A stretch of DNA of 64,000 bases. Source: a virus (lineage: Duplodnaviria; Caudoviricetes). The notes below the pieces were generated by a model that searched no databases, had not been told where the DNA came from, and worked only from the letters and a program-made list of their open reading frames with translations. The stretch's first letter is position 1; each line of letters starts with the position of its first letter. Positions 50,487-60,439 of the stretch are shown here, piece by piece. The translations under genes were made by a program, and so were the position numbers. The stretch lies in the IMG/VR virus record IMGVR_UViG_3300033072_000529, one strand, 5' to 3'.

Positions 50487-51052
50487 ACAATATGAAAACA
50501 ATACGATACGAGACAACCCAAGAAGAATTAGAGAAGCTAGATCATTCAAAACCTGTCATATTTCTGGCAGGACCGACTGTTAGAGGCAACCAAACTCATC
50601 TAACATCTTGGAGGTTTGATGCTATCGATGAATTCCAGAAGGCTGGATTTGATGGTACTTTGATAGTACCGGAATTCACCAGCAAGACTGAATCCGATCA
50701 ACATCGATATGATATTCCTCTTTGGGAATACACTGGGCTGTGCAAGGCTGATTGCATCATGTTCTGGATACCTAGAACGCGAGAGTTGATCGGTTTGACC
50801 ACTAATCACGAACTAGGGTATTGGATGGCTAGACAGCGGGAAAAGCTAGTATATGGTCGCCCACCGACGGCATATCGCATGGCATATTGTGATATCATGT
50901 GGCGGATAGATGCCAGTCGATATAATACTGCCACATCCACTACTATATATGATACCCTGCAAGATACCGTATCAGCGGCTAAAACCATGGCAGAAAAAGC
51001 GTTCAAGAATAATTCGACATATTTACTGGATTCTGCACCATCGATGGTGTAA
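50483..51052 (+). CDS. Nucleoside 2-deoxyribosyltransferase-like protein
   Basis: IFLAGP, SWR, WE, ADCIMFWIPR, TTNHELG. Confidence 0.8.
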   Translation: MNNMKTIRYETTQEELEKLDHSKPVIFLAGPTVRGNQTHLTSWRFDAIDEFQKAGFDGTLIVPEFTSKTESDQHRYDIPLWEYTGLCKADCIMFWIPRTRELIGLTTNHELGYWMARQREKLVYGRPPTAYRMAYCDIMWRIDASRYNTATSTTIYDTLQDTVSAAKTMAEKAFKNNSTYLLDSAPSMV

Positions 51053-51060
51053 GATAGTAT

Positions 51061-52818
51061 ATGAAGCAAATTGTTTTCTCTAAGCTCAGAGTTCGAAACT
51101 TTTTAACGTTTGGCGATAACCCGGTTGAATTGACTATTCAACCGGGTTTAAATCTTATCACGGGAGACAATCTAGATGCACCTGATTCTAAAAACGGTGT
51201 GGGTAAAAGTACACTGGTATTAGAATCTATATCATTTTTACTATTTGGGGAGACATTTAGAGATATAAAAAACAGTCTAATACCTCATAATGGTACTAAA
51301 CAAGTTACCTCTGTTGAAGGATGGTTCAAGGTTAATGATGATGAATATGAGATAACTCGTACATTGAATCCATCTAAATTATTTCTTAAAAAGAATGGAA
51401 TAGATATTACGCGCACTATACCAGAAACCAATAAAGATATCGTTCAAATATTGGGTATATCGAAGGATATATTACGGAATACTATAGTCATGACTAATAA
51501 TGACAATATTCCGTTTTTTAAACAGAATACTACTAGTCGCAGCAAATTTATCGAGGGGATATTATCCCTGGATGTTTTTTCCCGAATGTTCGAGGATATT
51601 AAAAGTATACTAAATGAGAAAAATAAGGAACATGCTAGACTAGAGACAAAGCTACAAGAAATGCGTCGAAATATTGATGCAGATAGAAAATATGCAGAGA
51701 CGCATAGGGCGAAACATGATGACAATTTATCCAAATTGCGGACCAAATTAGAAGAATATAAAAATATCGCTTATCCTGATAAAAAAGCAGAGATAGATAG
51801 CAATAATTCACAAATTCAAGAGTTACAGGGTAAGATAGAACGTGCATATACTCAGGAACAGAAAGCAAAAGCTAAATTGACGACTTTAAATGCGTCTTTG
51901 CAACAAATGAATGCGGAGATTCATAAATTGAAGACCAACACAGGAGAATGTCCTACATGTAAGCGTGCATATGCATCCTGTGATGATCGATCTGCCAGTG
52001 AAGATAGATTGAAGGTCTTGACGGTCGAGGTAGATAAGGTATCACAGGATATCAAGAGTATTAGAAGTGTCATAAAGCAAATATCCGATAGAATGGATAT
52101 CTGGCAAACTGCTAAAGATAAATTAGAACAAGCTAATCGCGGATACGGTCAATATAGGGAGCAATACCTACAACAACAGGCACATATCGCACACCTGGAA
52201 CAATCTATATTAGATGGAGCTAATTATACATGTCCTTTTGCGGAAAAAATAATCGATACTGCTAGTAAAATAACCAAATTAGAGCAAGATATATTAATAT
52301 CTTATAATTATATAAAGATATTAGAAGCAGCTAAACACGTGGCATCCCCAACAGGGGTTAAAACATTGGTAACTAATAAGATTATCGATCTTTTCAATGA
52401 TAGATTGAACTATTATCTACAGCTTCTAGATGCACCCTGTAGAATAGTCCTAGATGATATGTTCCAGGAAACATTCATTCACAATAATGGACAGCATCGC
52501 GTATATGGTAATTATAGTGGGGGAGAAGCAAAACGTATAGATTTCGCATTACTGTTTACTTTTAGAGATATTAGACGGTTACAATCTAATATATCTGTAA
52601 ACGTGTCTGTGATGGATGAAATATTTGATGGTAGTCTGGATGCTATAGGAATTCAGAAAATCGTAGAGATTCTGAAAAATGCATCAGAATCGACTGGAGA
52701 CGCATATTATGTCATAAGCCACCGGCAAGATGCCATTGATCAACAAGCATGTAATGTTATTAGATTACAAAAACTGAATGGATCAACCACTATTGTAGAT
52801 AATAGTAGTTTCATGTAG
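51061..52818 (+). CDS. 46: Recombination ATPase gp46 (Rad50/SbcC)
   Basis: NGVGKST, CPTC zinc hook, YSGGE, DEIFD, ISH. Confidence 0.95.
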   Translation: MKQIVFSKLRVRNFLTFGDNPVELTIQPGLNLITGDNLDAPDSKNGVGKSTLVLESISFLLFGETFRDIKNSLIPHNGTKQVTSVEGWFKVNDDEYEITRTLNPSKLFLKKNGIDITRTIPETNKDIVQILGISKDILRNTIVMTNNDNIPFFKQNTTSRSKFIEGILSLDVFSRMFEDIKSILNEKNKEHARLETKLQEMRRNIDADRKYAETHRAKHDDNLSKLRTKLEEYKNIAYPDKKAEIDSNNSQIQELQGKIERAYTQEQKAKAKLTTLNASLQQMNAEIHKLKTNTGECPTCKRAYASCDDRSASEDRLKVLTVEVDKVSQDIKSIRSVIKQISDRMDIWQTAKDKLEQANRGYGQYREQYLQQQAHIAHLEQSILDGANYTCPFAEKIIDTASKITKLEQDILISYNYIKILEAAKHVASPTGVKTLVTNKIIDLFNDRLNYYLQLLDAPCRIVLDDMFQETFIHNNGQHRVYGNYSGGEAKRIDFALLFTFRDIRRLQSNISVNVSVMDEIFDGSLDAIGIQKIVEILKNASESTGDAYYVISHRQDAIDQQACNVIRLQKLNGSTTIVDNSSFM

Positions 52819-52846
52819 AAGATGGCATTTGTAAATATGAATACAA

Positions 52847-54187
52847 ATGCCATCTTTTGTAGATAATACCAGTAGTACTCCAATACCTACAGTTCAGCCC
52901 CTTCAACCTCATAAGGACATGTATATACATAATCCTTTGATTTTTCGATTTGGTAAACCTTTTAGAAATAATTATCATGGGGAAATGCGACCGGTTCAAC
53001 CTCAAATCAAGTTACCTATTCCAGGGGAAGGGCAACCTAGAATTCTACATTATCTAGCAGATCAAGGTGGTTGTGCATTCTGGAGACTTATATGGCCAGG
53101 AGATGAACTGCTTATGCATGATAAAGGTGTAGTCATGTCTATGCATCAAATGATACTGGATGCGCAATTCTATGAGCATATTGATGCTATTCGGATTCAA
53201 CGGCAATGCACCCCTCAACAACTACAATTTATAAAGTTCCTACGCGATGTATCAGAACAATATAAAAAACAGGGTAAGAAAGGATTTAGAATTATATATG
53301 AAGCGGATGACTTAGTTGGTCCGCTAGAATGTCTACCAGAGTATAATGCGTGTAGAGAGGCATTTGCTGACCCTAATCTCATAAACACTGTTAAGGAAAT
53401 AGTCAGTTATTGTGATGAATTCACAGTTCCGAGTGAAGTGATGAAGCAGCACTATAGAAAGTATCTTGATTATGACCGTATTACTATGATACCTAATTAT
53501 GTCCCTAGATCATGGTTGGATAAGGGTGTAACGGAATATGAAAAGATTAAACAATATCGATTGAATAAAAAGAAACCCCGTATATTATATGCTGGTAGCT
53601 CAACACATTTCGATTTATTGAATAAGACAAACCAGAAAGACGATTTCGGGCATGTGGTAGATTACATTATTGATGATATCATGAATAAGAAGAAATATCA
53701 GTGGGTATTCATAGGGGGCGTTCCTCTAAGACTTCACAAATTCATACTTGACAAGACTATTGAATATTATCCATGGTCTAATTTGTCAGAGTATCCGCGA
53801 ACCTTGAAAGATGCAGGGGCTCAATTAATGATTGCGCCTTTAGCTGATAATGTGTTTTCTAGAGCAAAAGCCAATATAAAACTAACAGAAGGCGGAGCAA
53901 TGGGTATACCCGTGATAGCACAAAATCTAGATTGCTATAAGGGGTGGAAGTACTCGTTTAATACGGGTGCACAGATGATGCAAATCATTGCTGATACCTT
54001 AAGTAGTGAAGTTCAATATACTAAAGCTGTGAGATATGCTAAGGAGTATACAGATCAATATTGGCTAGATGAACACTTAGACGAATGGGTTAAAATATAC
54101 ACGACACCATACGGATCAAAGGAACGTCAAGATAATGAATTTCTGGTAGCAAATAATCCTGAACAGTTCTTGACAATTGAAGGATAG
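52847..54187 (+). CDS. GT-B glycosyltransferase
   Basis: GCAFWR, YEADD, IAPL..NVFSRAKANIKLTEG. Confidence 0.8.
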   Translation: MPSFVDNTSSTPIPTVQPLQPHKDMYIHNPLIFRFGKPFRNNYHGEMRPVQPQIKLPIPGEGQPRILHYLADQGGCAFWRLIWPGDELLMHDKGVVMSMHQMILDAQFYEHIDAIRIQRQCTPQQLQFIKFLRDVSEQYKKQGKKGFRIIYEADDLVGPLECLPEYNACREAFADPNLINTVKEIVSYCDEFTVPSEVMKQHYRKYLDYDRITMIPNYVPRSWLDKGVTEYEKIKQYRLNKKKPRILYAGSSTHFDLLNKTNQKDDFGHVVDYIIDDIMNKKKYQWVFIGGVPLRLHKFILDKTIEYYPWSNLSEYPRTLKDAGAQLMIAPLADNVFSRAKANIKLTEGGAMGIPVIAQNLDCYKGWKYSFNTGAQMMQIIADTLSSEVQYTKAVRYAKEYTDQYWLDEHLDEWVKIYTTPYGSKERQDNEFLVANNPEQFLTIEG

Positions 54188-54204
54188 CGTGTATCATATA
54201 TGAT

Positions 54205-56343
54205 ATGAGTTATCGAAATGTTGTATATGACCGCAAGAAATCTGTAATACACCACTACCTTTGGGATGACCAAGGGAACCCCACGGAGAAGCAGGTATAT
54301 TTTGAGCCATATATATACCTGCCTTCTGCGGATAAAACAAAATTTCATGCAACTGGAATCGATGGAATGCCATTGATCAAAAAGTCATTCAAAAATGAAT
54401 GGGAACGACAAAAATATGTAAAAGATTATAAAGGGAAGATATACTTTGATTTACCCGCTACCCAGCAATATCTTCTAGAGAATTATTATTCCTGGGATAT
54501 TCAGGAATTGACCAGACATCCTCTACGTATATATTACTTCGACATCGAAGTAATTGCAGATGAATTTCCTGATGCCAAGCAGGCGAAATACCCTATTAAC
54601 TGTGTTACTATATATGATACCATCCGAAAGAAATATTTCGTATGGGGTGTAAAGCCATATGATCACTGGTCAGCAGCAGACCATCTGAAAGACATCGGTC
54701 CCGAAGATATTGTATACGAATATTGCATATCTGAGACGGCATTGTTGAAGAAATTTCTTCGATTTTGGCGAGCGGATTTTCCTGATTTGATAGTAGGCTG
54801 GAACAGTTCAACTTTCGATATACCATATATTGTCAATAGATTCAACACTGTATTTGGTGATGACAAAGCCAATCAATTATCACCCGTTGACAATGTGTAT
54901 GGTAAAGAGGTAGTGCACCAAAGGTTTAAAACCGTATATACTGAATATACTATAGATGGAGTATCCCATCTAGACTATATGTTTCTATACAAGTATTTCA
55001 CTCCTGGGGAACGCGAAAGCGATGCCCTTGATTTCGTGTGTTATTCTGAAATCAAGATGGGTAAGTTGGATTACGGCAGCATGTCACTCCATGATCTATA
55101 CCATAAAGATTGGAATAGATTCATTAATTATAACATTTGGGACGTTCATCTGATGGTTATGCTGGATGCGCAGAAAAAATATATTGATATTGCCCGATTT
55201 TCTGCATGCTATGGATTTTGTAATATAAACAAGGCTATGGGTAAAACCGCCATCATTACCGGCGTATTAGCCAAAGAATCCATGCAGAAGGGAAAAATAA
55301 TCCCTACTCAAACAAATGGATTGAAGGAGAATATTCCTGGTGGTCACGTGAAACAGCCAAAAGAGGGGATGTATGAATACGTGGTATCGTTTGATGCCGA
55401 CTCTCTATACCCATCAACTATCATAACTCTGAATATCTCACCGGAAACCAAAATTGCTAAGGTGATGAAAACGGAGAATGATATATGCACCATATTTTCA
55501 TTTAAAACTAAGACGTTCTTCCAACACCCTAAAAGTGGAATCAAGCAGTTAGCTAGGGATAATGGCTGGGCATTGTCTGCATCCGGTGTATTTTTCACGC
55601 AACATGAAAAGAGTGTGGCTGCGGACTTCGTAGACACTCTGTATGCAAAACGCAAAAAAGTGAAAGCCGAAGGTATACGAAAATTACAATCATTGGATAA
55701 CATGGTGAAAGATTCCGTGGAATATAATGCCACAAAACAGTTGGCATCCCAGTTGGACACTGAACAATACTTGTATAAGATTCTATTGAACTCTACCTAT
55801 GGGGCATTCGCTAATTCTCACTTTGCACTATATGATATTGATTGCGCAAAAGCGATCACTACCACGGGACAATCAATGATCAAGCAGACCGAGAAAATAG
55901 TGAATGATTATGTCTCCAAAGAATGGAATTTATCTAATGTGGACTGTGTTGCAGCAATGGACACGGATAGCGTCGCGGGCGAGTCTACTATCAGAACCAA
56001 TATTGGTACTATGCCCATAGAACAGTTATTCGATGTATATGATCCGTCTAAAGTCTTCTTATTTAAGGAACATGAAGCTATCGATGTATCCGACAGTTTA
56101 TTAGTAGCAGCATACGATCAAAAAGCTAATGCGGTAAAAATGGATAAAGCTAAGTATTTGATCCGTCATAAAGTCACTAAAAAGCGATATAAAATTAAAT
56201 GTAAAGGTAAGGAGATAATAGTTACAGAAGACCATTCTTGTATGGTTATTCGGGATGGTGCGTTATTAACAGTTAAGCCGCATGAAATGTTATTGACTGA
56301 CCAACTGGTGACGATACAGGCAGGTGTCCATTCCGATAAATAG
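54205..56343 (+). CDS. 43: DNA polymerase B (gp43) N-terminal part plus N-intein
   Basis: Exo FDIE, WNS..FD, YN..D; motif A SFDADSLYPS; motif B KILLNSTYG; DTD then SVAGES..TEDHS (intein from 55969); TTGACA-N16-TATCAT promoter upstream. Confidence 0.95.
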   Translation: MSYRNVVYDRKKSVIHHYLWDDQGNPTEKQVYFEPYIYLPSADKTKFHATGIDGMPLIKKSFKNEWERQKYVKDYKGKIYFDLPATQQYLLENYYSWDIQELTRHPLRIYYFDIEVIADEFPDAKQAKYPINCVTIYDTIRKKYFVWGVKPYDHWSAADHLKDIGPEDIVYEYCISETALLKKFLRFWRADFPDLIVGWNSSTFDIPYIVNRFNTVFGDDKANQLSPVDNVYGKEVVHQRFKTVYTEYTIDGVSHLDYMFLYKYFTPGERESDALDFVCYSEIKMGKLDYGSMSLHDLYHKDWNRFINYNIWDVHLMVMLDAQKKYIDIARFSACYGFCNINKAMGKTAIITGVLAKESMQKGKIIPTQTNGLKENIPGGHVKQPKEGMYEYVVSFDADSLYPSTIITLNISPETKIAKVMKTENDICTIFSFKTKTFFQHPKSGIKQLARDNGWALSASGVFFTQHEKSVAADFVDTLYAKRKKVKAEGIRKLQSLDNMVKDSVEYNATKQLASQLDTEQYLYKILLNSTYGAFANSHFALYDIDCAKAITTTGQSMIKQTEKIVNDYVSKEWNLSNVDCVAAMDTDSVAGESTIRTNIGTMPIEQLFDVYDPSKVFLFKEHEAIDVSDSLLVAAYDQKANAVKMDKAKYLIRHKVTKKRYKIKCKGKEIIVTEDHSCMVIRDGALLTVKPHEMLLTDQLVTIQAGVHSDK

Positions 56344-56347
56344 ATTT

Positions 56348-57391
56348 ATGCGTAATAAATACCATCAAAAGACCCATAAAAAATATTGCGATATAGCTGG
56401 ACTCGAATTTGCTAATAGTATATGTGAATATGCCAAAGGTCTAAAAAAACGAGCGTCTGATATGTATGCAATAGTAGATGATATCCTCAAATATGGCGGT
56501 AGTTTGGATTGGAATGGAGTGTTGCGATTATATATGGAGTATACCAGTATTCGCGCTAAAGTATCTGAACGTAAAATGTTGATTCGATATGGTCAAGTCG
56601 AGGGTGCCATTAGATGGCTACAATATAGAACTAAACAGGCGTACTCCAATTCATTGGAATATAAACAGAGCATACACGGATGGACTGAACAAGACTATAT
56701 ATCTTATAATAAGTCTAGAGCGGTGACTAAGGTTAATTTAGTGAATCGTCATGGTGAATTAGAGGGAACTCGTAAATGGAACGAGTATATTGACAGACAG
56801 GCTTTTGCGGGTTGTAAAAAAGAATACTTTATACAGAAATACGGTACAGATAAAGGGGATCAAATATATAGGGAACTGAGTATCAAAAAGACTATAAAAA
56901 TAGACAATTACATTGCTAAGTATGGTGTAGCCGAGGGAACACGTCGTTATATTCATAGATGGAGTGGATCAGCTATGTCTGAATACGTCCATTCTAATAT
57001 ATCTCAAAAAATGTTTTGGCAATTATTAGAACGTATCCCTGAATCTAAACGATATACGGTGTTTTTTGCAGAGAAGAATTATGAATACTTATTTAATCAT
57101 AAGGATATGCATGGAGTTGTATTTGTGGATTTTTATTGTGCCACCACTAATAAGGTCATAGAGTTTTATGGTGATTATTATCACGGTAATCCACGGAAAT
57201 ATGCCGATGATTATTACAATACTCAAATTGGTAAACATGTGGCAGCTATACACGATTCTGATAATAAACGAATAGATACACTTGATGCGCTGTTTGGGGT
57301 TGAAACTTTAGTGGTGTGGGAGTATGATTGGAGAAAACGCCCCGAGGAGATGATTGATAAATGTTTGAAATTTTTGAATTATGATAATTGA
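56348..57391 (+). CDS. Free-standing endonuclease (Vsr/DUF559-like C-terminus) between the polymerase halves
   Basis: VDFY..KVIEFYGDYYHGNP..D..R...LVVWEYDW; four YG..(E/K)G repeats. Confidence 0.8.
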   Translation: MRNKYHQKTHKKYCDIAGLEFANSICEYAKGLKKRASDMYAIVDDILKYGGSLDWNGVLRLYMEYTSIRAKVSERKMLIRYGQVEGAIRWLQYRTKQAYSNSLEYKQSIHGWTEQDYISYNKSRAVTKVNLVNRHGELEGTRKWNEYIDRQAFAGCKKEYFIQKYGTDKGDQIYRELSIKKTIKIDNYIAKYGVAEGTRRYIHRWSGSAMSEYVHSNISQKMFWQLLERIPESKRYTVFFAEKNYEYLFNHKDMHGVVFVDFYCATTNKVIEFYGDYYHGNPRKYADDYYNTQIGKHVAAIHDSDNKRIDTLDALFGVETLVVWEYDWRKRPEEMIDKCLKFLNYDN

Positions 57392-58337
57392 AATACTACC
57401 TATTGAAAGTATAGAACAACTAGATGATTTCCAAGATGAATATGTATATGATATTCAGATGGAAGATGAGACAGATCACACGTTTTTCGCTAATGATATA
57501 TTAGTACATAATTCGTGCTATATTACTCTTAAACCTATATTTGAGAGTAATAAATGGAATTTAGTTGATAGTAAAGGGGATTTGACTCCCGAATATTTGG
57601 AATTAGAAAACAAGATAGGAAACCATATCAATGTTGAAATTGATAAATGGGCTAGGACTCAGTTGAATTCTAAAGACCCAAGGTTTCACTTCAAACGCGA
57701 ATCAGTCTGTCCTAAAGCTATATGGGCAGGCAAGAAACACTATATATTGTATATTGTCAATAAAGAAGGCAAGAAGATGAATGACCTGAAATATTCAGGA
57801 TTGATGATTACTAAGAGCACGTATTCCAAAGCTGTGACGGATATATCTCGTAGAGTAGTAGAAATCATAATGGGGGTGTTCTCTAAATCGGAAGCGAATG
57901 AGAAGATATTCCAGGCATATGATAATTTCGAGTCTTTAACTTTAGTAGATATAGCTGAAAGAGCATCTATTAAAATACTCAACAAATATGAGGGGTTAAA
58001 TAGAGGTCTGGAAGTGGCTAAGGGTACAACTCGCCCTGCGAAGTTTGTTATATATCATAATGAACTGTTGAAGATGCTGCATTTAGAAAATAAATATAAA
58101 AAAATAACAAATGGCAGCAAAATTAAAATGGTTAATGTCTTGGATAACAGATGGAATATACCGGGTATTGCCTTCCAAGACGAACTCCCCGAAGAGTTTG
58201 GCTTACAAGCCGATTATGAGTCTGCCTTCTTCAAAGGCGTTATCAAAGCCCTTACACCCATCTACGATGCATTGGGCTGGGAAATTCCTAACCCTCGTAT
58301 CCGATATACAGTGGATTTACGAGAGTTATATAAATAA
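57381..58337 (+). CDS. 43: C-intein (44 aa) plus DNA polymerase B C-terminal part
   Basis: YVYDIQM..HTFFANDILVHN|SCYI, followed by FKRE, KKHY and LKYSG. Confidence 0.95.
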   Translation: MIIEILPIESIEQLDDFQDEYVYDIQMEDETDHTFFANDILVHNSCYITLKPIFESNKWNLVDSKGDLTPEYLELENKIGNHINVEIDKWARTQLNSKDPRFHFKRESVCPKAIWAGKKHYILYIVNKEGKKMNDLKYSGLMITKSTYSKAVTDISRRVVEIIMGVFSKSEANEKIFQAYDNFESLTLVDIAERASIKILNKYEGLNRGLEVAKGTTRPAKFVIYHNELLKMLHLENKYKKITNGSKIKMVNVLDNRWNIPGIAFQDELPEEFGLQADYESAFFKGVIKALTPIYDALGWEIPNPRIRYTVDLRELYK

Positions 58338-58347
58338 AGCCAAACGG

Positions 58348-58560
58348 ATGTATACCATCATATGCGAAGATCGAGATATAATCGATATACAAAATGATTA
58401 CCATAATGGATTATGGATTTCTAAAGATGAAGTTATTCGACTTATGGAGTATGAAAAACAGCTATTATTGGCTGAAATGCTGAAATATAGAGAAGAAACA
58501 AGCCTTTTGTTATCTGATTTCAAACTTGCTACTATGCGAAATTACCAACATGTAAGATAA
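58348..58560 (+). CDS. Small hypothetical protein
   Basis: ATG at 58348 after the polymerase stop. Confidence 0.4.
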   Translation: MYTIICEDRDIIDIQNDYHNGLWISKDEVIRLMEYEKQLLLAEMLKYREETSLLLSDFKLATMRNYQHVR

Positions 58561-58609
58561 TGCATTTTTTTAGTTGCATAACGAGATATGTATGGATTAA
58601 TATATACAA

Positions 58610-58990
58610 ATGGAACCAACAACTGTAGTATTTTTTGATAGATTAAACCGATTGATAATAGCGCAAAAAGTTAAGTCAGAGGGCAACTTGTTTTATGTCC
58701 AACATGCGATGATGTTTTGTATTAGAGATGGTGGATTAGCATTGATTCCTCTGGATACTATTAATGAAAAACCCGATGTACGTATTCAACATACGGGAAT
58801 TATGAAAGATAATTCTGTGCTCATCGAATTCCCGTTCAAGGAAGATGAAGTAGCATATGTGGAATGCTCAGATAGAACTCGCGAACAATATATCAATGTG
58901 ATTACCCCTCCAGCCGCCAGACCACCAGTAGTTGCTCAACCTACAAATACTCCAAATGGGACCAATATTGTCAACTTATTTGAAAAATAA
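58610..58990 (+). CDS. Hypothetical protein
   Basis: 126 aa ORF. Confidence 0.6.
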   Translation: MEPTTVVFFDRLNRLIIAQKVKSEGNLFYVQHAMMFCIRDGGLALIPLDTINEKPDVRIQHTGIMKDNSVLIEFPFKEDEVAYVECSDRTREQYINVITPPAARPPVVAQPTNTPNGTNIVNLFEK

Positions 58991-59031
58991 CCCTTGTAGT
59001 ATACAAACACGATAATAAATAATTATTTCTT

Positions 59032-59319
59032 ATGGAAAACACACCACAAAATACCGATGAAACCGTTAAACCAGTGCTAACTGCGCTAGAATTTGCACTA
59101 TCCACCAAGGATGAGTTGCAGGCTAAGCTAGAAGCTAACATTGCTAAGTTCCGCGCAAAGGGTACAGCATCCGCTGTGGCTCGCGCTCGTAAGGCAGCAT
59201 CCGCGTTGGCTAAGCATCTCAAGGTAGTTCGTAAAGAACTACAGTTGGATAAGGTCCGCGTTGTAGCTGAAAAGCGTGCAGCAAAAGCCGCCGCCAAAGC
59301 AGCAGTTGTATCTGAGTAA
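59032..59319 (+). CDS. Hc1 / histone H1-like basic DNA-binding protein
   Basis: AKFRAKGTASAVARARKAASALAKHLKVVRKELQ; K/A-rich; followed by a terminator. Confidence 0.7.
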   Translation: MENTPQNTDETVKPVLTALEFALSTKDELQAKLEANIAKFRAKGTASAVARARKAASALAKHLKVVRKELQLDKVRVVAEKRAAKAAAKAAVVSE

Positions 59320-59342
59320 TAACACTTATCATAATATATGAT

Positions 59343-59376
59343 AAAGGCGAGGATGTATACATCCTCGCCTTTTTTA
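59343..59376 (+). terminator. Intrinsic terminator
   Basis: AAAGGCGAGGATG-tata-CATCCTCGCCTTT followed by a T-run. Confidence 0.85.
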
Positions 59377-59380
59377 TGTC

Positions 59381-59409
59381 TTGCATTGACACGATACATA
59401 TAGTATAGT
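59381..59409 (+). promoter_or_regulatory. Sigma70-like promoter (leaderless uvsX)
   Basis: TTGCAT-N17-TATAGT; ATG 7 nt downstream. Confidence 0.7.
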
Positions 59410-59415
59410 ATAGGG

Positions 59416-60426
59416 ATGTCTAAACTTTTAACCAAAATACGTCAACACACCATAGTAAATGCAGAAATTTTAAAGAATTCAAAATATTTCGATACCGGTG
59501 ATAGAATTCCGACAAGAGTGCCCTTATTGAATTTGGCACTGAGTGGTTCCATACGAAATGGTGGCTTACCTAAAGGTATAATACAAATAGCTGCTCCACC
59601 TAAGCACTTCAAAACCAACTTCATGTTGGAGATGATGAAAGGATTCCAAGATAAACATAAAGGGGAAGACTATTTCATAGTGCTATATGATAGCGAATTA
59701 GGATCAACTCTCGATTATTATGTCAAGATGGGCATTGACACTGAAAGAGTAGACCATCGACCGATTAAATCGGTAGAAGAACTAAAATCCGATATTACTA
59801 ATCTACTCAATGATATTGATGAAGGTGATAAAATTCTAATCTGTATAGATTCTATAGGAATGCTTCGCTCTGATAAAGAGGCAAAAGATGCTCTAGATGG
59901 TAATATTAAAGTGGACATGACCCGAGCAAAAGAAATTAAATCATTGTTCAGAATCATAACTGCCGAAGCAGCAATCAAACAAATCCCTATAATTGTAGTG
60001 AATCACTCATATACCACTATGGATTTATTCCCTAAAGAAGTTGCAGCAGGTGGTCGAGGCGCACAATATGCAGCCCACACCCTATTCTTTATAACTAAAG
60101 CGCAGGAAAAGGAGAAAGAGGATGGCAAAGATGTATTACAAGGATTCCGATTCACATTACGTGCAGGACTATCCCGATATGTTAAGGAAAATGCTACTTT
60201 CCCTATAACCGTTATATTTGGCGAGGGTATTGATCCGTATTCTGGTATTTTCGACCTAGCTTTGGAATTAGGATATATTACATCTGCTAAACAAGGGTGG
60301 TATATACTGAAAGGTAGCGATACACAACAACGTAGAGCAGCTATGGAAAATGATGAAGTACTCATGCAGAAGCTATTAGCAGATGATGGATTCGTTTCCG
60401 CTATTGAAAAGAAATATGCATTATAA
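59416..60426 (+). CDS. uvsX: UvsX RecA-like recombinase
   Basis: LNLALSG, APPKHFKT, YDSE, IDSIG, DMTRAK, VNHSY. Confidence 0.95.
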   Translation: MSKLLTKIRQHTIVNAEILKNSKYFDTGDRIPTRVPLLNLALSGSIRNGGLPKGIIQIAAPPKHFKTNFMLEMMKGFQDKHKGEDYFIVLYDSELGSTLDYYVKMGIDTERVDHRPIKSVEELKSDITNLLNDIDEGDKILICIDSIGMLRSDKEAKDALDGNIKVDMTRAKEIKSLFRIITAEAAIKQIPIIVVNHSYTTMDLFPKEVAAGGRGAQYAAHTLFFITKAQEKEKEDGKDVLQGFRFTLRAGLSRYVKENATFPITVIFGEGIDPYSGIFDLALELGYITSAKQGWYILKGSDTQQRRAAMENDEVLMQKLLADDGFVSAIEKKYAL

Positions 60427-60439
60427 TAAGTAGAATATT

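Noticed and set aside
56340-57390. Group I intron or pseudogene explanation for the polymerase break
   Set aside because: Both halves carry complete intein blocks, and only a few non-coding bases flank the endonuclease, leaving no room for a ribozyme core.
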